64,000 bases of DNA from Pseudovirgaria hyperparasitica (Eukaryota), in NCBI GenBank assembly GCA_010093815.1, contig ML996569.1; one strand, given 5' to 3'. Position numbers and translations under genes: made by a program. Under the pieces are notes generated by a model, which saw nothing but the letters and a program-made list of their open reading frames with translations, had not been told where the DNA came from and searched no databases. Each line of letters begins with the position of its first letter. Within the stretch, counting starts at the first letter, position 1. Shown in pieces: positions 1 through 10,837 of this stretch.

Positions 1-763
1 CGCACGCAATCTACTTCTACTTCGACGGCAACTCGCCAAAATGCTTCTTTGAGGAGCTTGCCAAAGATACCCTCGTAGTCGGTTCGTGTCTCCCGCGACT
101 ACTCCTCTCGAAGTCGAGGCTATACTGACTGGGACATATCCAGGCCACTACGACGCCCTCCAATGGGACGAAGCAACTCGCACATACAACGTCTCTCCAG
201 ACCTGAAAATCCAAATCACCGTCGAGGAGACCTTTGACAACGACCACCGCATTGTCAACCAGTCTGGCGCATCCAAGGGCAAATACACCTTCAGTGCGGC
301 AGACAGTGGGGAGCATCGCATCTGCTTCATCCCGTCGGGTGTTGCGGCTGCGGGCTGGCTGACCGGCGGTGCGATGACGGGCAACGTCAAGTTCAACTTG
401 GATATGATCATTGGCGAGACGAGTAAGATCGAGGCCAATGACAAGGACAAGATGAAGGATATTCAGACCAAGATTCGGGATCTGAATACGCGGTTGCAAG
501 ATATTCGCAGGGAGCAGGTTTTCCAAAGGGTATGTACTGGTTGGTCGTGCTGTGTACAGAGTTACAAAGACGCATGGTGACTGAGGAGCTCGAGGGCTGA
601 CATTTTACGACAGGAACGCGAAGCCGAGTTCCGTGATCAATCTGAATCCACCAACTCGCGCGTCGTTAAGTGGACGCTGGTGCAACTCTTCATCCTGGGA
701 ATTACCTGCGCGTGGCAGCTTACGCATCTACGCGCATTTTTCATCAAGCAGAAATTGACTTAA
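1..763 (+). CDS. p24 (emp24/gp25L) family GOLD-domain cargo receptor, Erp1-like; 5' truncated by window edge
   Basis: Spliced translation ...AIYFYFDGNSPKCFFEELAKDTLVVG|HY...GEHRICF...IRREQVFQR|EREAEFRDQSESTNSRVVKW...HLRAFFIKQKLT*. GT-AG introns 82-143 and 530-613 with CTGAC branch points. C-terminal FF plus KxK retrieval-type tail. Confidence 0.92.
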
Positions 764-1061
764 GGGTGAAGTATCTGCATCCTACTTACTATCTTTATAT
801 TGAAAGACCTTTAAAGACAGAGCGTTCAGAGACGGGTATGCGAGAGACGTAGCCGGACTATCTGGAGCGAATGGATTTCGCCTCGGACATCGTCTCCATT
901 ATGTCTACGAGTAAACGAATATCAGAGGTTGTAAGACAGCACGACTTATGTGAGAAAGTAACAAGAGCCATGAAAATCCGTACATTTATGTTAATCCAGG
1001 ATATCATCAACATCGCACGTATCAGACGCCATAGAGCTTATGCATATTCATTTCTATTATT

Positions 1062-2585
1062 CTATCTTCCTATCGACCGGAGCTGTACACCTCTCTCGTT
1101 CTCATTCTCTTCAATTCCATCGTCCGACCCGTCCACCAGTCCCCTCTCCTCATCCCTCACTACTTCTTCCTTCACTTTAGTCTTCTCCTTATGCACCGCA
1201 ACATAAATCGCGCTCCCCAGAATCAGACTACTCCCAACAATGCTCATGCCCGTAGGGCTCGTCCCAAATATCAACTTATCAAATCCCAGCGCGAACAGCA
1301 TCTGCGTATATACCATGTTCGTCGCCCGACTACTCTTCTCCGCCTGCAAGCCCGCCGCCAGTAGAAACTGCATCGTGAACCCACAGACCCCAAGAAACGT
1401 CAGCAAGGCCCACTCGCGCAGTGTTGCGGGGAGTACGAAGCCGATGGACGGGAATGCGGTCATGGCAACGAAGCACACCAAAGTAACCCACGCTGCGTAG
1501 TAGTTCACGCTGATGAGTGGGTGTGCCCGTTTGCCGATCCAGCGGATGGTGGTGTATGCGCTGGCTGCGCCGAGCACGCCGAGAAGGGCGACGCCGACGG
1601 CTCCGGCACGTTGTGAGGGTGTCACGGCGGCGTAGTTGTAGGAGTCGATAATGGGGACATTAGTCGTGTTGCTCGTTACTGGTGCGCTGTCGGCGACGCC
1701 GCTGGCTGGCGGAGATACGGTAGGTGGAGTGCTGGAGAAAAGGAATGTAGGACGCGCAATGAGTACGACGCCGAGGATGGAAATGTATGCGCCGATTTGC
1801 TCCATGCGGGTGAAGGGTTCATTGATCAAAAACGAACAGGCCCAGCAGGCGAGAGACGGGGCGAGGAAGGTTATGACTGTGGCGTCGGACAGAGGGAGGT
1901 ATTGGAGAGAATCTAGAAGAGTGAGTGTGCTGGTCAGTAATACTTTTGGAGAGACGGTCAACGTACAGTACATGCCGAACACGCCAAAGAAGCCACCGAA
2001 ACTTCGCAGACACAGCAGGCCCCGGACTTCCTTCAGACCGAGCGGGAAGTGCTCTGTCTTGTTCCACCACATGTACAGCATTGACAGGATCCAGGTCATG
2101 CCCATGCGTGCGAAAAGTACTTGGAATGGATGTAAGCCTTTACCGTGGTTTCCTTCCCTCTGGAGTACGTGCGCTGAGACGTTCATCAGGACATTGAAGA
2201 ACTGTGCGATCAATACCATGACGAGGCCCTTGTTACGTTGCCAGAACGAGAGCAGCGAGGCTTGTGCTCGTTCTTTGATGCTCTGCTTCGTGCCATTCTT
2301 CTGCACGGTCGTCTGCTGTGGTGGGTATAGTGGACTCCGCGAACGACTGGGACTTCGGATGCCGCCGAGAAAGTTGACAGAGTCGAACGACAGTGTACGG
2401 CCTCGCTCTATCGTGGGTACATGTAGTGCAGCATCCCCAAGTTCGGTCTTTACAGACATCTTATGACCCGGCACAGCTTCATCGAGACCGGGATTCTCTC
2501 TGCCATTCAAGCTTCCATGGCCACTGTTAATATGCTCTTTATTGACGGGTGCCTTTCTGCCCACGCTGTCTGCTTCAATGCTCAT
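1062..2585 (-). CDS. EamA/DMT-superfamily membrane transporter
   Basis: Multi-TM ORF with motifs typical of fungal EamA proteins (RSFGGFFGVFGMYYSLQYLPLSDATVITFLAP; RATNMVYTQMLFALGFD). Probable ATG 2585. In-frame intron 1913-1966. Confidence 0.88.
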   Translation of the reverse strand: MSIEADSVGRKAPVNKEHINSGHGSLNGRENPGLDEAVPGHKMSVKTELGDAALHVPTIERGRTLSFDSVNFLGGIRSPSRSRSPLYPPQQTTVQKNGTKQSIKERAQASLLSFWQRNKGLVMVLIAQFFNVLMNVSAHVLQREGNHGKGLHPFQVLFARMGMTWILSMLYMWWNKTEHFPLGLKEVRGLLCLRSFGGFFGVFGMYCTLTVSPKVLLTSTLTLLDSLQYLPLSDATVITFLAPSLACWACSFLINEPFTRMEQIGAYISILGVVLIARPTFLFSSTPPTVSPPASGVADSAPVTSNTTNVPIIDSYNYAAVTPSQRAGAVGVALLGVLGAASAYTTIRWIGKRAHPLISVNYYAAWVTLVCFVAMTAFPSIGFVLPATLREWALLTFLGVCGFTMQFLLAAGLQAEKSSRATNMVYTQMLFALGFDKLIFGTSPTGMSIVGSSLILGSAIYVAVHKEKTKVKEEVVRDEERGLVDGSDDGIEENENERGVQLRSIGR

Positions 2586-4030
2586 CCTGATACATCGTAC
2601 GGCTTTCGAAGCAGGCCGAGAGAGGAAGAAGCAGAAGCGGGCGACATGATGGCAGCGTGTGACCCCAGTCAGTGCCAGCACAAAGACGGCTGATCATGAC
2701 TCGAAGGTAAGCAGTCCACGGTGGCGGCGTTTAGTGGAGTTTTCCAACAGTCTTGTTGGTGTTGGTAGGCCGGTAAAGGAAGGTTGTGAGTGGTGCGGTG
2801 GGTGAAGTTTGCCCCTCCCGATGCCGGCTTCCGATGATGACAATGAGAGTAAAAAGATTGCTAGTTTACTTTGACTTTGAACGAGATGCCATGCATCTAA
2901 AGATCTCTATTTGTCTGGCTCGAAGTCTCAAAATCTCTACTGTGTCTGGCTGTCACATCCAAGTGCAAACGAACTTCCTAATATAGCATAGTACGAGTTT
3001 CCGGAATCCGAAACAGCTCCAGATCTTGGATCTCGAGATTGAACTGACGTCCGGAAATCAATTTCCAGCCGACTCCAACTCGACACTTTTAATTTATACC
3101 TGTTCATCTTTCCTCCGTTTTTGAATCTAGACGTCTGAGCCTTTTCACTGCCGCCTCGAATATCAAGTTCTCTCAAATCTTTGCGTAGTCTCTCAAAATA
3201 CTCTACTGTTGTTCAGTTCGTTGATCAAAGCATCGAAGGGAAGCTTGCAAGTTGTTTCACCGGGGCTCTAGTTTCTCTCATCAAGTTTCCGCTTTGCGTT
3301 GTCATTCTTATAAAGCTTATTCCACTAATATGTACGGCTCGCACTTCTCAGTTGGGACTGGAAGAATCTAGACGAAGTTGCCAGAGTTTGGTGTTCTTGC
3401 GCAAAAGACACTAGCTTGTTGTTCCAGTCGAATTTCAATGGAAAGAAGCTCAATGTAGAGCGTGCGCTTGAAGTGTTCTACAGTGACTTAGCCATGCCCG
3501 TGAAAGCCGTCGATGGTGCCATACAGATGTCCAATCTCTGCTATATACTTCATAGCTCCCTTTTAGCTAATTATGGTGTTTCATTCCCAGTCTTCAGCAT
3601 TGACGAGTCAATTTACCATGCTGGACTGTGGAGGACCAGTAGATGACATTTTCCTGAGTTAACGGTATAAGGTAATCATGTATAGTTCACGAAGAGGACA
3701 ACTATAACTGCTACATCACGGTCACAATCAAGGCTCTTGATACACAGATGTTGGGCAGTGGCAATCCTTTGTTACGTAGGTTGGCTACATTATGCAACAC
3801 CACACTGGAGCGGTATAGTAGTGCAAATCACAAATCCCAATATGACGAACTTGTCTGTCTTTCCGTACTGGTCGCTAGAAACATGAATGGGCAGGAATAT
3901 AGCATCTGTGTGAGTCCAGATGAAAGTGGCACCATGGTCCCTTTTGCAACACTTGGCAAATCAAGCCATACCGTAAAAGACCTGAACACATCTTCGATAC
4001 TTGCTGCAAAGCGCACGATACTTTGGTGTT

Positions 4031-5024
4031 TCAAAGGACTGGTTCCCCGCTAGTGCCATACATAGGGTCATGAGGTGTGTTTCGGACACGAAGTCCTGGG
4101 GCCGTTGGCTCCAACCAGCTTCCATCGTTGTCGTCTCCTCCAACATCTGACCTTGGTTCGGTGGAAGCGGATGGAAATCCCCAGACTGGGGCTCGGTTTC
4201 CATTCTGTCCCTCACCAGAGACGTTACCGTGATCATCGTTTTCTTCGCTACCGTTGTCGATGAACTGCTGTGTCACCAACTTGGTGATCGCCCGTTGGCT
4301 GGCCATACAAGCCGTCAAAACCGCCTTTTCGGCATCAGGCTTGTGATCGTGGTATCGGCAAAGGCCAGGAAGACCAAAGATGCTCCCACCAGCTCTATTC
4401 GCGTCGCTAAGGGCAGCATCCATGAAGAACTCTGGTGGTGCGCGGGAGAGTTCGGCTGCTAGGCGCTCCGTGTTATCGTGGGCAGGTCTGAAGAACAGGT
4501 GGAAGCTGTCTGCAAACAACTTGCGCACAGGGGAGTCCTTGGGCAGTCTGTCGTAGGCAACCTTGATTGTGCTATATTCTGGGATAATGTAGCGTTGGTT
4601 AATGGTCCTGTAAAGAAAGTACAAGGCATCAAAGCGCAGCTTTGGGATCTCGAAATGGGTCGCAAAGATGTAGAGCTCCAGTTTAGCCTCAAGAGAGTCA
4701 GTATCGATCTGTTGGAGTGTTCCCGGGCGGTCGTATAGCCAGTCAACAAAGTTCTCGACGGTTGCTGACTGCCATTCATTGGTGTCGAAAACCAATTTAT
4801 TCAATGCAACTTCACGGTACGAGCCATTGAACTGCTGGTCGAAAGTAGTCGAGACCTGGGCAAGCAGGTAGAGATGCACAGAACATTCAGTTTTCTCGCG
4901 ACCGTGAATCAAACCAACAGTACCACCACGTGTGAGGTATCTATATGATGTAAATCCTGCCACGACGAACACTAAAGAGAAAGACTTACCTGAACCTCGT
5001 CCCTCGCTGAAACTCAGGATCCAT
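4031..5024 (-). CDS. BTB/POZ-like domain protein (accessory type)
   Basis: VHLYLLAQVSTTF...F.GSY.E, FVDWLY, LELYIFATHFEIPKL and AYDRLPKDSPVRKLF match the pattern of fungal BTB-domain proteins. Exon 1 MDPEFQRGTRFR (5024-4990), intron 4941-4989 (GTAAGT...TAG). Confidence 0.75.
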
Positions 5025-6127
5025 CTTAGCTTACACGAGGAGCCCTTTGAATGAAAGTATACACCGCTTTAGAATTGTCCTTCTGCGAGGTAGGATGAAG
5101 GATGTAGACGAAAGAAACTGCGGTGAAGGTAGCACAGCTTTTAAAGCTGTAGAAACACGCTAGCAGTCGCAATTTGCTGGATTGAGATCTGCACGGTCAA
5201 GTGAACAAGACTGCCATACCGCGTTGTCCTTACAACAACAGTGCAGAGCAGGTGACGCGTCGTTCCAAGCTTTCGAGACAAACATTATCAGTGGAATCTC
5301 TGCTCATCGTAGATTATAGTCCTGTTCGGTAGGCATACTCATAGATCTATACTTCAATAAAGGTCGAGATTGGGTGCGGTGTGTTTTGATGACTGAATAG
5401 AGCTTATATGCCTATATTGCACAGGCCTACCAGAACATAATTGCCTTCAGCTACTAATGAAACCTTTTCAAGGAGACAGACAAAGAACAAAGATCACCAG
5501 ACCTAAGAAACCCCTTTATTTGTGGTACGGGGGAACTTGGTCAGTTGTCTTCGTAGACGAGAATATGTAGCTTGCTTGATATGATACTTGAGAGACGAAA
5601 AAAGGCGGAAAGTAGAAGTTCACGCCTGATCTTACGCTGAAAGAGAGCCTAAATATACCATAAACTATAACCTCGAGTAGAAAAGCAGTATTTGACGAAG
5701 AAAAAAGACAACTCCGTTTACGACAAGTGACTGGACATTCGTCTGGGGACACTTCGCAGCCTGACATGTGCCTGAAATGTGCCTAGACTAATGTCCTAGT
5801 ACTGTATGGAGATATGCCCGTGTAAGTGTATGAAAACATACGCAGCCATAACGTTCCCACCATGTCAGCATAATATGTATAAGACTAGCTTGTATACTCC
5901 ATTATGGAAGCAGCAACCCGCCACCTTCGCAGCGAATGGAAACACTCTGCGTTTCCTAGGCTGAATTCGGTCTTTTTAACATCATATACCTGATGGTGGA
6001 GCCTTCCACTGGTGCTGGGCCAATCAAAATCATCCTGGATATGAAGGATTCCATGGCGCGCTGTTGCCTGCACACTAAAATGTCCACTCTTCTGACTCAC
6101 ACCACCTACTGCCTAGAATCCATAGCA

Positions 6128-6135
6128 TATATAAA
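6128..6135 (+). promoter_or_regulatory. TATA box of the U2-like snRNA gene
   Basis: TATATAAA about 40 bp upstream of the predicted U2 5' end. Confidence 0.65.
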
Positions 6136-6168
6136 CCAACACTCCCTCAGTCCAGATGTTGTTTTCCC

Positions 6169-6363
6169 ATCGCTCTCTTGCCATTCAGGCTTAGATCAAG
6201 TGTAGTATCTGTTCTTGACAAGAGTAATATCTTGTTATTCCGTCCATAGAGTCGGTCAAACATTACTCCTAATTTTTTTTCTTGAGCTTCGACGGTGGTG
6301 GGCTTGCTCGCCACTGTCGGGGTATTGTGTCGCTCGTACCACTGCACTGTCGCGGGCTGACGC
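6169..6363 (+). ncRNA. U2: U2 spliceosomal snRNA (divergent variant)
   Basis: Contains the invariant U2 core GGCTTAGATCAAGTGTAGTATCTGTTCTT (branch-point-pairing GTAGTA at 6202-6207). Stem IIa 6217-6236, IIc partner ATTACTC ~6262-6268, U-rich Sm-like site 6271-6280, 16-bp stem III with CTTG tetraloop 6287-6322, stem IV with ACTGCAC loop 6327-6363. About 195 nt, the expected U2 size. Confidence 0.93.
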
Positions 6364-6653
6364 TATTACTTGAGTTGTTTCTTTCATCAGTTTATCGGCC
6401 AAAGTGCTGATGACTGGGGAAGGATGTTTTCGCATAGACGACGGAGTCACATAGCCTGAAGGCTGAACGTCAAGCTATCGTTACCGGAAAATGACGAGCT
6501 AGTGGGTGGAAACATGCTTGACGCCAAAGAAGTAGATTGACATTGCCACTAAGTATTGTGATGCATCGTTGTAAACCCTTGGGATCATACCCTGATATGC
6601 AAACGCCATGATGTTCAGAGATTTCAGGCCCACCCAAGCTGTATAACAGCAAA

Positions 6654-7265
6654 TCATTTCTGCTGATCAATTTTCCAATCGATTCGCTGAGGCGCCTTGA
6701 AATGTATCTTGGGTGGGGAAGTCTTCGTCCATTGAATGCGGCCAAGGTGTCCAGTAAGAGTGATGCGGTCGTAATCGTAATTCGACCCATATGTACTGCT
6801 GAACGAAGTGAACCGTGTGCAAAGAAAGCAGTCACCGCGTAGTTGCTTTACCGTTGTGCGGGAGTCCCCGTTCGCAACATCGTTGGTACAGACCCACGGT
6901 AATTTACTGTGCAATCCCACCTGATCAAGGATGCGTTGCCCATCGATCGAAACCCTGGTTATGTGGCCCATGAAGAGCCCACGATATGGCACGGGGACCT
7001 TGTGCACGAAGCGATAAATGTCCATGTATGTAACCAGATTTTCGAGCTGAAATTTGGGAAAGAAATCTTTGTAGAAGAGGGTAGTAGCTTCTTGATGTAT
7101 TTGTTTGTTCACTCTGAACAGATTGCTGAGTCCCTTCGGTCTGCGCGTAAATTTGAGCTGCTCGTGGACGGATGTGCGCGAATGGAACTCAATGTTGAAC
7201 GAGTATATGTAGATGATGTTTCGTATTTCTCCAGGTAGTCTCAGGAATGGTGGAGTGTCGCTCAT
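6654..7265 (-). CDS. Hypothetical protein with N-terminal F-box-like motif
   Basis: ATG-initiated 203-aa ORF beginning PFLRLPGEIRNIIY and containing LFRVNKQIHQEATTLFY, a common pattern in fungal F-box-like accessory proteins. TATA-like sequence upstream on the minus strand (~7288). Confidence 0.7.
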   Translation of the reverse strand: MSDTPPFLRLPGEIRNIIYIYSFNIEFHSRTSVHEQLKFTRRPKGLSNLFRVNKQIHQEATTLFYKDFFPKFQLENLVTYMDIYRFVHKVPVPYRGLFMGHITRVSIDGQRILDQVGLHSKLPWVCTNDVANGDSRTTVKQLRGDCFLCTRFTSFSSTYGSNYDYDRITLTGHLGRIQWTKTSPPKIHFKAPQRIDWKIDQQK

Positions 7266-9348
7266 TTCGGAAGTTCGCGTCGACTTGATATAATGAACAA
7301 TGTCCTGGTAGAAACTTTAGAATACGCATGCCTTTGAAGGCGGCAACAGTTATATGCCAGGGTCGGTGAATCATGCAGTCAGACATACCTGTCGGCCTCC
7401 AACTTCTGCAGTACATTGCACTTCCTCGGTGCAGCTCATGTTGCCGATTATCGATACAAGTCGTGGATCTTGAGATGATCGATATATACCTATGTATGAT
7501 GCGATTCCGTGATTAGGCTTGCCCATGGTCAATGTCGTTCGTCTTGGCACAGCAGTCTCCGACAGGTTCCGGGGAAGTGGGGATCAATATAAACAATAAG
7601 CGCAGAACTCACTCTTGCGGAAATCATTAGTCCGCGAAGGTTCACGAGACGATGTTATGATTACTCTCGAGAGGTTAGTGGCCGCTCTTCGCAGCCTTAA
7701 ATCCCGCATCCTGACACGCTCACGCATCTCCCTGCGCGAAATTACCCCACCAGGATCTTCTTGAAACTCGTATGAGCATTTCGATTCATGTATGACGAGC
7801 AGTCTCCAGCAATTCAGGCCCAAGGTAGCTATAAATATGCAATGGTTGTATGAAGTCAAGATGACATGGCAGCTTCTCCAAATCCAGCTGTTGCTCAAAT
7901 TCCTCATCTGGCTAAACAGACTGGCTACGCCAACCGTTTGAAGTAAGTGATGACACTACCACAATCAACCATAACCCGAATTGGACTTAATCTAGCTTCT
8001 CTGAGTTCGTCTTATCTCAAGACATCCGACATAAGCCCGGTTTATTTTTAGGAGGATGCGACTGTAATTATCAGGATGATTCTTTCATCATATCACTCTG
8101 TCACCTTCATTATGCTCTCACGCTCACTGGACGTGACCCAAAACGTGCCTACTATCTGGAGTGCCACCATTTTCTTATTATCAGAAGCTCATGCTCACCT
8201 ATCTCCGGCGGCACTTTGCGACGATAGTACAACTCTTCAAAGTTATCATCAGCCCATCTACTATTGAATCCCTGGCACAACTCGTTAGGGTCTACATCAC
8301 TTATCATCTCTCCAGAATGTGATTAGTAACACAGAAGTTTGCTTACCTCCCGCAAGTGATACAATTCTTTCCAGATACCATCATGTTTTGTTGTAGCATA
8401 CGTCCAAGGAATGGAATGCTTGGTGAGCTAGGTATGCAGAATGCTGCAAGAGCCTCGATGTTGCATAGGTTCTGCGCGTACAGGTTGTTAGTAATGCCTC
8501 GAGGAAGGTCTCGAAATATGTTAACCACCATTTCGAATGGGAAGGATTCTGCCTTCGTAATCCCAGAATACTAAAAAGGACTAGACGGCATCGGGGCTTG
8601 CGTGAATGGCTCCTAGATCAGTGCTGGTAGCGCCGCCATTGGTTATATTCACAGAGTCTGATTTGGCCTAGAGAGTGGTCAGCTACTGGTGCCCAAAGCC
8701 ATAGCGTATACAATTATGCTGTCCCGAGTGCAGTCATGGCGAAGGCGAAGTCGACGTGTGCGATGAGAAAAAGATATTGATGTGTAGATAGTTGGCTGTA
8801 TATAACGCTGTTTTGGTCAAAAATACTACCCGTTTATGTATGTATAAGTTTCTAAAGAATGTGGAATGGAGGAGGGCAGTCTTCCTCGCGTGATGGAGTA
8901 TGAAACTACGTTTGCCCTCTCTGGTCTCATTCATAGCTATTGTTATATCAGCTTTATCAGGGTGTGGAACGTTGAACTAGTCAATTAATGGTATGGTGAA
9001 GGAGATATGGAAGCATTACAAGTGTGGCTGGAAATGTAGCATAAACATTCGAGTATTGAGACTTTGAAACTTATGAATGTTCATAAAAATCTTGTTGAGG
9101 AGTCCTGGAGTTTTGATCACTTTGTAGATTACGTTGCGCACATTGCTTGGTACTACGAATATGAACTTTAGGTCAGACAAGTTTTGAGGGTATCTGCTTG
9201 AATATTTTTAACTAGGCCAGGTTGCGGTCACACTCCGTACTCTATGCAAACATCCGCCCTCCAGCCAATGGACGCCGGCATGATAAGTCGATGAACGCCA
9301 GCCATATGTACAACAATATTTCGACAATCGTGTCTCCATTTTAACGCC

Positions 9349-10632
9349 TTAAGACTCAGTCTCGTTCACAATGACTGCCCACTCATGCTTCTCCTTTCCG
9401 TACATGATCCCGCTCAGCCAGCCCTTCAGCGTAGTAGCATATCCGTGCTCACGCATCTCGATGTTCAGATCCTTGCCACGAAAGTGAATCAAACTGACTT
9501 GACCCACGAAAAACGCCGTACCAGCAACAAACGCCTCGATGAAGCGACCCTCATCATACGCCTCCTCAATATCCTTCATCGTAAACTTGCGCTCCACAAC
9601 CTCAATAGCATCCAGCTTGCCCGGCAAACTCCCATCCGTAGGCGTCCAGCCATTTACCAATCTCGTGCGCGCAAGCTCCAGCGTCGAACGCCTCGTGATG
9701 CCATCCAAGATAATCTTCTCTCCCAGCGGCGCAGTAACAAGCTGCGTCACGCCCTCCTTCGTCTTCCACACCACAAAGAAGTTACTCGCACCTGCCTCCG
9801 TGACATTGCACTCATCACCAAAGAGCCAGAGAATCTGATCATAGCCCATCCTGCGCGCCTCGCCCTGTGCCACTAATGAGGGTCCGTAGTTCGCGCCCAC
9901 CTTGGCATATCCGAAGCCGCCCGGCCACGCGCGCACCATGTCGTCCTGCGACGCAAGGAGCTTCATGCCTGCTGTTGACGCGTCCATGACGGGGAAGCAG
10001 CACAGGATGATGTATAGCAGCGCCTCCTTCGGCCGCTGCACTCCGAGCGTGGAGTCGCTTGCAATCATCGTGGGGCGGATGTATAGAAAGTTTCCCGGCC
10101 GGTCTTTGGGCAGCCATTTTGAGCCGTCTTGCTCGCAGAGCGCCATTACGAGCTTTTCGAGCTGGAGTGGATCGAAGCCGGGGAGCGCGATGCGGGAGCT
10201 GGACATGAGCATGCGGTTGCAGTTCAAGTTAGGGCGGAAAAGGCGTAGTTTGCCGTCGTAGCCGCGGTATAGCTTCATGCCTTCGAAGCATTCGGTGGCG
10301 TAGTGCAGGACAGAGGCGGTTGGCATAAGGGAGAGCGGGCCGTACGGCTTGAGTTCGGGGGCTTCCCAGCCATTTGTGACGGACCAGGATGCGGTGATCA
10401 TATGATCGGTGCATGTTTTCGATTGTGCGATTTCTGGTGAGTTGAGTTCGGGGACTGGACGTGGGTTGTTTGTGAGAGTTTTCTGTAGTAGAGAGGCATC
10501 TAGTTCTGGGAGAGGCGTCGTTGGCTGTGCAGTTGAGATGGACTGAGCGGTGTTGGCAATGTTCTTAGCTACACCATTGCTGGTGAGCTTAGAGGTTGAG
10601 GAACCTTCCATTGGCATTGCTGAGGGCGCCAT
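9349..10632 (-). CDS. BAT1/BAT2: Branched-chain amino acid aminotransferase (class IV PLP-dependent)
   Basis: LHYATECFEGMK, LYIRPTMI, RAWPGGFGYAKVGANYG, EAGASNFF and ILDGITRRS motifs. Intronless, likely ATG 10632. Confidence 0.96.
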   Translation of the reverse strand: MAPSAMPMEGSSTSKLTSNGVAKNIANTAQSISTAQPTTPLPELDASLLQKTLTNNPRPVPELNSPEIAQSKTCTDHMITASWSVTNGWEAPELKPYGPLSLMPTASVLHYATECFEGMKLYRGYDGKLRLFRPNLNCNRMLMSSSRIALPGFDPLQLEKLVMALCEQDGSKWLPKDRPGNFLYIRPTMIASDSTLGVQRPKEALLYIILCCFPVMDASTAGMKLLASQDDMVRAWPGGFGYAKVGANYGPSLVAQGEARRMGYDQILWLFGDECNVTEAGASNFFVVWKTKEGVTQLVTAPLGEKIILDGITRRSTLELARTRLVNGWTPTDGSLPGKLDAIEVVERKFTMKDIEEAYDEGRFIEAFVAGTAFFVGQVSLIHFRGKDLNIEMREHGYATTLKGWLSGIMYGKEKHEWAVIVNETES

Positions 10633-10816
10633 GGACACAAGGAGGATATGGTCAAGAGTATGTAGCGGATGAGACGTAAGAAGCAAGTTAGAAAAATCAA
10701 TGGCTTTGAAATTGTAGGTGGAAGTATGAAAACGACTCGTCACTTAGAAAAGTGAATTGAAGTGTGAAGTATTGCTATGAAACAGTATTTGTTAGAGAGG
10801 GACGGGAAAGTAGTAC

Positions 10817-10837
10817 TTTATACCACCCCTGTGACTC
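10817..10837 (-). promoter_or_regulatory. TATA box plus Gcn4/CpcA-type TGACTC element upstream of BAT gene
   Basis: TATAAA on the minus strand at 10817-10822 and TGACTC at 10832-10837, about 200 bp upstream of an amino-acid biosynthesis gene. Confidence 0.4.

Noticed and set aside
2940..3620. Possible degraded intron-containing gene on the minus strand
   Set aside because: An intron-like GTATGG...GCTAAG...TAG and short protein-like frames exist, but stops are frequent and no family is recognisable.
6147..6450. Short minus-strand ORFs over the U2 locus
   Set aside because: The sequence is explained by the U2 snRNA on the plus strand.
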